Source of the DNA: Minisyncoccota bacterium
GTDB taxonomy: Bacteria; Patescibacteriota; Minisyncoccia; Phycocordibacterales; CAIZLB01
Direction: 5' to 3'
DNA length: 64,000 bases
Assembly: GCA_021734945.1 (NCBI GenBank)
Contig: JAIPIA010000002.1
Location: 194,829-258,828, forward strand
The notes under the pieces are model-generated. The model was given only the letters and a program-made list of their open reading frames with translations. It did no database searches and was not told the origin of the DNA. Position 1 is the first letter of the stretch. Every line of letters begins with the position of its first letter. Shown one piece after another: positions 58,003 to 64,000 of this stretch. A program made the position numbers and the translations under genes.

Positions 58003-58539
58003 TTATGCTGCTTTCTTACCCTGCTTTCGCTTGATAACTTCCTTCTCATATCGGAAACCTTTACCCTTGTATGGTTCTGGCTTCTTCAATGCTCGAATCT
58101 GTGATGCGAACTGAGTTACTTTTTCTTTGTCAGCTCCTGTTATAGTTACGATACCCTTTTCAGATGTAGCGGCTACTCCAGCAGGAATCTCTACCTTTAC
58201 AGGATGAGAGAAACCAAGAGCAAGATTTATAGTTGAACCAACTACATCTGCCTTGTATCCAATACCTTCGAGAATTAGTTTTTCAGTGTATCCCTCAGTA
58301 ACACCCTTGATCATGTTTGAGATGTGAGAAGAGTAAGTTCCCCAAAGAGCTGAAGTAGCGATGTCTTTTTTCTGTGGAACAAGAGTAATCTCGTTACCAT
58401 TGATATTGATAGCAATAACAGTTTTGAAAGCTCGCTTAAGTTCTGCTTTAGGTCCTTTTACAGTCAAAACACCATCAGAAGCAAGTGTGACTTCTGTTTT
58501 TGCTGGTATTTCGATTGTTCGTTTTCCTACTCGTGACAT
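58003..58539 (-). CDS. rplF: 50S ribosomal protein L6
   Basis: MSRVGKRTIEIPAKTEVT...VKGPKAELK...GYKADV. Confidence 0.8.
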   Translation of the reverse strand: MSRVGKRTIEIPAKTEVTLASDGVLTVKGPKAELKRAFKTVIAININGNEITLVPQKKDIATSALWGTYSSHISNMIKGVTEGYTEKLILEGIGYKADVVGSTINLALGFSHPVKVEIPAGVAATSEKGIVTITGADKEKVTQFASQIRALKKPEPYKGKGFRYEKEVIKRKQGKKAA

Positions 58540-58586
58540 GATGGTTGAATGAATTTATTAAATATTACTGATTGCTTCTGATTCTG

Positions 58587-58979
58587 TTACCAGATTTTGA
58601 AGAGTGCTTCTCCTCCGATTTTTGCCTTTCGAGCGTCTCGGTCTGTCATAACTCCACTTGGAGTAGTGAGGATGAGAAGTCCGTAGCCATTTCGTACAGA
58701 GTGAACATCGTCAGCTTTGAAATAAAGCTTTCGAGAACCTTTAGAAACAAGCTGGACGCCTTCAATTTTAGGCTTACCATCTGCTTCATAAGCAAGTTCT
58801 ACTTCTATAGTCTTGATTACTTTTTTTCCTTTCTTTGCAAAAGACTTGATGAAACCTTCCTTTTGTAAAACTGTGAAGATAGCTTCACGGAATTTTGAAT
58901 GAGGAAAAGTTACAATCTCCTTCTTTGCAAGATTTGAAACTTTTAAATTATTTGCGAGTGATGCGATTACGTCTACCAT
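58587..58979 (-). CDS. rpsH: 30S ribosomal protein S8
   Basis: DVIASLANNLKVSNLAKKEIVTFPHSKFREAIFTVLQKEGFIKSF. Confidence 0.8.
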   Translation of the reverse strand: MVDVIASLANNLKVSNLAKKEIVTFPHSKFREAIFTVLQKEGFIKSFAKKGKKVIKTIEVELAYEADGKPKIEGVQLVSKGSRKLYFKADDVHSVRNGYGLLILTTPSGVMTDRDARKAKIGGEALFKIW

Positions 58980-59158
58980 GATGCTTTTTTAATACCTGGA
59001 ATTAAACCTTCGTTTGCTGCCTCTCTGAAACAGATACGGCACATGTCGAAGTCTCTCATGTAGCCACGACCACGACCACATCTAAAACATCGTCGAGTTA
59101 CTCGACTCTTGAATTTAGGTGTTTTTTTAGATCTTGCTACTGTTGATGTTTTGGCCAT
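58973..59158 (-). CDS. rpsN: 30S ribosomal protein S14, Zn-ribbon (type Z) form
   Basis: 61 aa. CFRCGRGRGYMRDFDMCRICFRE. Confidence 0.8.
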   Translation of the reverse strand: MAKTSTVARSKKTPKFKSRVTRRCFRCGRGRGYMRDFDMCRICFREAANEGLIPGIKKASW

Positions 59159-59185
59159 ATAAGTTGTTCGTTGATGCTAACAATT

Positions 59186-59740
59186 CTACTTCACTGTGTC
59201 AATCTTTTTGAATAAAAATCCGAGTTGTTTCATCACTTCTTCTGTTTCTGCTTTTGTTTTTGAAGTAGTAACGATAGTCACTGCGAAACCGAATACGTCT
59301 TTGATATCTTCATCTGAAGTCTCTGGGAACACTGTGTGTTCTTTGATACCAAGAGTATAGTTACCCATAGCGTCAATTGACTTAAGTTCAATACCTCGGA
59401 AGTCTCGAGTTCGAGGGAGTGCAATGTTTACAAGCTTCTCAAGGAAACTCCACATTCGCTCACCTCGAAGTGTAACCTGCCAACCCACAGGATCACCCTG
59501 TCGAACTTTGAAACTCGCCACGGACTTCTTTGCAGCTTTGACAGTTGCCTTCTGGCCTGCGATCTTGTTAATTCGGTCACCGATGAGAGCTTTTCGCTTT
59601 GGATCCTTGATAGAGCCTGTTGTAGATGAAAGGATAACCTTTTCAATACGAGGAGCCTGAAGCATGTTCTTGTAACCGAACTTGCCCTTCATAGCTTCAA
59701 ATAGACCATTTTGTTTTTGTTTTGCTGTATCGTGTTTCAT
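59186..59740 (-). CDS. rplE: 50S ribosomal protein L5
   Basis: NMLQAPRIEKVILSSTTGS...DFRGI...GNYTLGIKEHTVFPE. Confidence 0.8.
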   Translation of the reverse strand: MKHDTAKQKQNGLFEAMKGKFGYKNMLQAPRIEKVILSSTTGSIKDPKRKALIGDRINKIAGQKATVKAAKKSVASFKVRQGDPVGWQVTLRGERMWSFLEKLVNIALPRTRDFRGIELKSIDAMGNYTLGIKEHTVFPETSDEDIKDVFGFAVTIVTTSKTKAETEEVMKQLGFLFKKIDTVK

Positions 59741-59766
59741 GACAATTTGATTAATTATTTGATAGC

Positions 59767-59982
59767 TTAGATGGCTTTAACATTAGAAGCGTTCATAGGA
59801 GCTGAAATCTCAATAAGTTGACCTTTCTTATCTTTTGAAACAGCCTTTTTGTGCTTCTTTCGAAGATTCAAACCTTCAACAACAACAAGATTCTCCTTTG
59901 GCATAGCCTTAAGAATTTTTCCTGTCTTGCCTTTGTCCTTTCCGGCAATTACTTTTACGTTGTCTCCTTTTTTGATCTTCAT
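59767..59982 (-). CDS. rplX: 50S ribosomal protein L24 (short, KOW-only form)
   Basis: MKIKKGDNVKVIAGKDKGKTGKILKAMPKENLVVVEGLN. Confidence 0.75.
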   Translation of the reverse strand: MKIKKGDNVKVIAGKDKGKTGKILKAMPKENLVVVEGLNLRKKHKKAVSKDKKGQLIEISAPMNASNVKAI

Positions 59983-60027
59983 GTTATTTTTGTTAATTAT
60001 TGATTGGTTTAAATATCCTAAAATCGA

Positions 60028-60408
60028 CTATACGATTTCTGGTGCAAGTGAAGCAATCTTCTGATAACCTCGTTCTGCGAGTTCTCGTGGGATTGGACCG
60101 AAGATACGACCAGCCAATGGTTCTGTCTTATCCTTTCCACCTTTTGTAAGTACAACAACTGCATTTTCATCAAATCGAACATATGATCCGTCCTTTCGTC
60201 GATATGCTTTTCGCTGTCGAACTACTACACCAGTGAGGACGTCCTTTTTCTTTACAGCTTTTCGTGGCTGAGCCTTCTGTACTGAAAAAATTACCATATC
60301 ACCAATTTCAGCATATCGCTTCTTTGAACTTCCAAGCACTTTGAAAACTCGGCCAATTGTTGCCCCTGAGTTGTCTGCTATTGATACTAATGTTCGGTCT
60401 TGAATCAT
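60028..60408 (-). CDS. rplN: 50S ribosomal protein L14
   Basis: MIQDRTLVSIADNSGATIGRVFKVLGSSKKRYAEIGDMVIFSVQKA. Confidence 0.85.
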   Translation of the reverse strand: MIQDRTLVSIADNSGATIGRVFKVLGSSKKRYAEIGDMVIFSVQKAQPRKAVKKKDVLTGVVVRQRKAYRRKDGSYVRFDENAVVVLTKGGKDKTEPLAGRIFGPIPRELAERGYQKIASLAPEIV

Positions 60409-60453
60409 GTTGGTTTTGTTAATTTACGAAAGTATTACTAACGTAGTTTGTAT

Positions 60454-60723
60454 TTATTCAATTACTATAAAATGTTTATCCTTAGAAATTGGAGCACACT
60501 CTTGAATTGTTGCTTTGTCTCCAATTTTCTTCGTGTTTCCAGGATTGTGAGCTTTATATTTCTTTGCTCGTTTTACGTACTTATTGTACTTTGGAGCCTT
60601 AATAAATCGTTCAACCAATACTGTAGCTGTATCCTTCATTTTATCAGATACTACAACACCTGTTAGAACTTGTTTCTTTGAAGGCATTGTTGAAGTTTTA
60701 GGAGTTGTTTGTGTTTTTGTCAT
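60454..60723 (-). CDS. rpsQ: 30S ribosomal protein S17
   Basis: VLTGVVVSDKMKDTATVLVERFIKAPKYNKYVKRAKKYKAHN. Confidence 0.8.
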   Translation of the reverse strand: MTKTQTTPKTSTMPSKKQVLTGVVVSDKMKDTATVLVERFIKAPKYNKYVKRAKKYKAHNPGNTKKIGDKATIQECAPISKDKHFIVIE

Positions 60724-60743
60724 ATACGTAGCTTATTTATACT

Positions 60744-60941
60744 TTATTTCTTCGCAGAGTCAATGATAGACATAATCTGAGCGATTTCCTTTCGAGTTGT
60801 TCGACCCTCTTTCACGTTCTTTGTTTTAGACCGTGTATTTCCAAGTCGGAAACTTTGAAGTGAGTCCTTCTTCTCAGCAAGAAGCTTAATTAATTCTTTC
60901 TGTGACTTTGCAGCTAATTTTGTGAATGATGATTCTTTCAT
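60744..60941 (-). CDS. rpmC: 50S ribosomal protein L29
   Basis: 65 aa. ELIKLLAEKKDSLQSFRLGNTRSKTKNVKEGRTTRKEIAQI. Confidence 0.7.
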   Translation of the reverse strand: MKESSFTKLAAKSQKELIKLLAEKKDSLQSFRLGNTRSKTKNVKEGRTTRKEIAQIMSIIDSAKK

Positions 60942-60967
60942 GTTGGTATATAAAATTAGTGTAAGAA

Positions 60968-61390
60968 TTAATGAGCTCGACTTACAACCTTTCCTTTAAG
61001 AGGAAGTTTTGTACCTGCCTTTCGGAGAGCTTCTCGAGCGTCAGCCTCAGGAATACCATCCACTTCGAAGATAACTCGACCTGGTCGTATCTCCACACAG
61101 AAACCCTGTGGATCACCTTTACCCTTACCCATCGGTACTTCGGCAGCTTTCTGTGTCCAAGGTCGGTCAGGGAAAACTCGAATCCAAACTCGGCCAGTTT
61201 TACCCACAGAACGAGCGATCACTTTTCGAGCAGCTTCAATTTGATTTGAAGTGATGTGGTTATAAGTAACAGCTTTAAATCCGAAAGATCCAAAACTAAG
61301 ATCTGTACCTCGTGTTTCAGGTGCCAAGAACTTTGGGTTCTGTCGGTTCTTTTGCCATTTTCGGTATTTTACTTTTTTTGGATATAACAT
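60968..61390 (-). CDS. rplP: 50S ribosomal protein L16
   Basis: MLYPKKVKYRKWQKNRQ...GRVWIRVFPDRPWTQKAAEVPMGKGKGDPQGF. Confidence 0.85.
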   Translation of the reverse strand: MLYPKKVKYRKWQKNRQNPKFLAPETRGTDLSFGSFGFKAVTYNHITSNQIEAARKVIARSVGKTGRVWIRVFPDRPWTQKAAEVPMGKGKGDPQGFCVEIRPGRVIFEVDGIPEADAREALRKAGTKLPLKGKVVSRAH

Positions 61391-61420
61391 GGTAGTAGGG
61401 TTAGATAAAAATTAGAATAC

Positions 61421-62077
61421 TTACTTATTAAATACCTCACCTGTATAAATCCATACTTTGATACCGATGTTACCGTATGGCAAATGAGCTTCGTATCGTT
61501 TGAAGTCGATATTAGCACGGAATGTTTGTAGTGGAATTCGACCCCTTTTTAGATCCTCTTGTCGAGCCATTTCTGCTCCTCCGAGACGTCCTGACAAGAA
61601 AATTCGAACTCCTTGTACATCACGACACGCCATAACTTTTTCGATCATAGACTTCATAACTCGTCGGAAAGGCATTCGCTTTTCGAGGCCTTCCGCAATC
61701 ATTTGAGCTACGATAGCTGCACTAGCTTCTGGAGTTTTGACTTCCTCAATTTCAATCTTAATATCAGTCTTTGTGTCAGCTTTGATATTCTTCATGAAAT
61801 CAATAACATCTGCCTTTAGCTTTGTTACACCTTCACCGTTTCGTCCAATAATAAGACCTGGTCGTGAAGTTTTGATAATAACTCGAAAATGCTTATCATT
61901 TCGTTCAATATCAACATCAGCAACATACATACCTCGCATTCGTTTAGCGAGCCATTCTCGTAGAAGAATATCGCACTTCAAGTTCTTTCGATATTCTGCA
62001 TTAGTAGAAAACCATCGAGATCTCCATCCCTTGATGATTCCTAGTCTATGAGCGTATGGGTGTACTGTATGTGTCAT
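61421..62077 (-). CDS. rpsC: 30S ribosomal protein S3
   Basis: MTHTVHPYAHRLGIIKGWRSRWF...KH domain...GRLGGAEMARQE. Confidence 0.85.
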   Translation of the reverse strand: MTHTVHPYAHRLGIIKGWRSRWFSTNAEYRKNLKCDILLREWLAKRMRGMYVADVDIERNDKHFRVIIKTSRPGLIIGRNGEGVTKLKADVIDFMKNIKADTKTDIKIEIEEVKTPEASAAIVAQMIAEGLEKRMPFRRVMKSMIEKVMACRDVQGVRIFLSGRLGGAEMARQEDLKRGRIPLQTFRANIDFKRYEAHLPYGNIGIKVWIYTGEVFNK

Positions 62078-62100
62078 TGTAGTTTTATATTAGTAAATTA

Positions 62101-62544
62101 TTATTTTGCAGCTTTTTTAGCTTTTGTAACTTTAGGTGCTTTTGCAACTTTTGCATCTGTAGAAGCAACTTCTTTTGAAGCATCTTTCTTAGCTTTCTTT
62201 GCAGCATTCTTACTAAGCTTACCTTCGCCAAGTGTTAGAATAACGTGACTTGATCGCTTCAAGATACGTGCACCTGAACCTCGTGCTCGTGGCATCATTC
62301 GCTTGAGAGTAACACCTTGGTCAACTCGAAACTCTTGGATAGTAAGACCCTCTGGATTAGCAACACCTTGACTTCGTGCGTTTGAAAGAGCACTTTCGAT
62401 AAGTTTGATCAATGGGAGAGAAGCTCGCTTTGTAGCAAACTTAAGTTGAGTAATAGCAACTCCTGCTGTCTTACCACGTACTAGTGCTGCAGCAAGTGCA
62501 ACTTTTCGTGGTGACTGTCGATAATTTCTTAGTATAGCTTTCAT
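62101..62544 (-). CDS. rplV: 50S ribosomal protein L22 with Lys/Ala-rich C-terminal tail
   Basis: MKAILRNYRQSPRKVALAAALVRGKTAGVAITQLKFATKRAS. Confidence 0.8.
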   Translation of the reverse strand: MKAILRNYRQSPRKVALAAALVRGKTAGVAITQLKFATKRASLPLIKLIESALSNARSQGVANPEGLTIQEFRVDQGVTLKRMMPRARGSGARILKRSSHVILTLGEGKLSKNAAKKAKKDASKEVASTDAKVAKAPKVTKAKKAAK

Positions 62545-62570
62545 GGTAAGACGTTAATTATATGAGTGAA

Positions 62571-62918
62571 TTATTTTTTCTTTGGATCTGCAACAGTAGC
62601 TTTAGCAGATTTTGCTGAATCGATCTCAGCCTGCTTCTTAGCCTGGTCAAGCTCCTTCTGCATCTTTCCTCCGTGTCGGATGAATTTTCGAGTTGGTGAG
62701 AACTCACCGAGTCTGTGACCTACCATTTCTTCTGAGACAAGAACTTCAACAAAAATCTTTCCGTTGTATACACCAAAAGTGAAACCTACCATTTCAGGAG
62801 AGATCTGACTTCGTCGGTACCAAGTCTTAATAACCCCAGTTTCCTGTGGTTTTTTGCCTTCAATCTTTTTCAAGAGTCTAGCTTCTACGTATGGGCCTTT
62901 TTTGAGTGATCGTGTCAT
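62571..62918 (-). CDS. rpsS: 30S ribosomal protein S19 (with C-terminal extension)
   Basis: [20 protein letters not shown]...[38 protein letters not shown]. Confidence 0.85.
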   Translation of the reverse strand: MTRSLKKGPYVEARLLKKIEGKKPQETGVIKTWYRRSQISPEMVGFTFGVYNGKIFVEVLVSEEMVGHRLGEFSPTRKFIRHGGKMQKELDQAKKQAEIDSAKSAKATVADPKKK

Positions 62919-63273
62919 TTGATTTGGTTGCAGAGTCTCGTCTAACTCTATGCGAAAAATAATAGCCCTAACAGAGCTTGTGGTGACATAGTATCAAAAA
63001 ATAAAATAGTGTCAAATGGTTTTGTGTGGTGTTTTGATGAAATGAGCTTGTTTGAGGCAATACCATTGACGTACTACTTATATGGTGGTACTTTTTGCGC
63101 AGATTATGCACCTGGTATTGCCTTAGAGATTTGTTTATTAGTTGAGTTTTAGTTGCTTTTTATTGGATAAATTTGGTTTAAGCATCTGATTAAGCGTTTA
63201 AATTTTATACAATCAAAACTAATGAATAATTCTCTACGGCAATACCCTACAACAAATAGGAATTGACCGTGGT

Positions 63274-63600
63274 TTGACAGATCAATCCTTCACCACTACC
63301 CTCATGCCTACCAACATCCCCTTAACCACTGTCGCTGCAAAACGTCGTGTCGTCACAACGATCGCAAAACTCAGCAAGCTCTGTATCACAGGATACACTA
63401 TTACGATGGCATACCACGGAGAAGAACTCCACGTTATTGCCTTGGTCAATTCCAGGGTCAATTTGCTCAAGACCAAGACGGATAAGCCTTCAGCTTGTCG
63501 TTGCCGCTGTGCGTATCTCGTCACCCCAGGAGGCGACATAGGAGAAAAGATCAAGTCCAAAAAAATTGACCTCAACAATGATGGTCGCTGGACTTGGTAA
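63274..63600 (+). CDS. Hypothetical small ORF inside the GC-richer insertion between rpsS and rplB
   Basis: 108-aa ORF, with an antisense 98-aa ORF at 63282..63578. No motif recognised. Coding status uncertain. Confidence 0.2.
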   Translation: MTDQSFTTTLMPTNIPLTTVAAKRRVVTTIAKLSKLCITGYTITMAYHGEELHVIALVNSRVNLLKTKTDKPSACRCRCAYLVTPGGDIGEKIKSKKIDLNNDGRWTW

Positions 63601-63743
63601 AATCGACAGCGCCTGGAACTTTCTCATTATTTACAGCCGCCTATCGCATCTCAAAGCGACGGGTGGCTGTTCATTTTCAATAAAATTGCATTAAGCTAGA
63701 ACTTCTCAGTTTTTCTATTAAAGGAGCGAGTAAACAAAAACAC

Positions 63744-63786
63744 GCATGTATGGATGAAATCCCGGATACATGCGTGTTTTTGCTTT
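63744..63786. terminator. Strong bidirectional rho-independent terminator immediately downstream of rplB
   Basis: aaaaACACGCATGTAtggatgaaatcccggaTACATGCGTGTtttt: 11-bp stem with U-tracts in both orientations. Confidence 0.55.
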
Positions 63787-63803
63787 ACGAGCGACTGTCT
63801 TAT

Positions 63804-64000
63804 TTATTCTTCCCTACTTTTCGTCGTGAAACGATGAGTCGGTTTGAATATTTCTTTGGTCGTCGTGATTTCTGTCCCTTACCTGTTGGTTTACCGTAGA
63901 TAGAGATAGCTCGTCGTCGTCCTCGTCCTTGTCGGCCTTCACCTCCTCCGTGTGGATGATCCACAGGGTTCATGGCTGTACCTCGAACTGTAGGGCGAAT
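63804..64000 (-). CDS. rplB: 50S ribosomal protein L2, C-terminal part (gene continues beyond window end)
   Basis: Reverse translation gives ...[39 protein letters not shown]...; the HPHGGGEG motif is L2-specific. Confidence 0.8.

Noticed and set aside
63282-63578. 98-aa - strand ORF in the rpsS-rplB insertion
   Set aside because: Completely overlaps the + strand 108-aa ORF. Cannot decide which strand, if either, is coding. Only the + ORF is listed, and with low confidence.
1-64000. CRISPR arrays, integrases/transposases, rRNA genes
   Set aside because: No regularly spaced direct repeats and no recognisable recombinase or rRNA signatures were seen. The accessory region therefore has no obvious mobility genes, although it looks like a recombination hotspot.

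Overview
AT-rich, gene-dense bacterial window on a small, streamlined genome. Ribosomal-protein organisation looks CPR/Patescibacteria-like: no L30 between S5 and L15, Zn-type S14, short L24. Region 55.0-64.0 kb (- strand) is the S10/spc ribosomal cluster, rplB(partial)-rpsS-rplV-rpsC-rplP-rpmC-rpsQ-rplN-rplX-rplE-rpsN-rpsH-rplF-rplR-rpsE-rplO-secY. Its usual continuation adk-map sits about 27 kb away at 26.1-27.6 kb. The secY-adk gap is filled by an accessory region. It holds an exploded livJ-H-M-G(frameshifted)-F ABC operon interleaved with six LivJ-type substrate-binding-protein genes, several divergently transcribed TrmB-family wHTH regulator genes (eight in the whole window), two orphan MazF/PemK-like toxin paralogs (one in frame with a family-II pyrophosphatase), DUF1653, methyltransferase, MBL-fold, 2OG-oxygenase-like and wHTH-Nudix genes, and a GC-rich islet. 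Region 0-27 kb carries an ECF sigma/anti-sigma pair with secreted cell-wall proteins, a TrmB-controlled NitT/TauT-type ABC transporter whose ATPase is fused to an SBP-like domain, infC-rpmI-rplT, ndk, a 1017-aa VirD4/TraG-like ATPase, ZIP transporter, PLD/Cls-like enzyme and other housekeeping or hypothetical genes. Non-coding observations: a ~80-100 nt leader element present in two copies, 5' of a DUF5652-like gene and 5' of rpmI; three GC-rich small-ORF islets, two carrying poly-C tracts and GC-rich terminators; an 885-bp insertion with a bidirectional terminator splitting rplB from rpsS; a candidate sRNA; a repeated terminator-like element. No tRNA, rRNA, CRISPR array or transposase was recognised.
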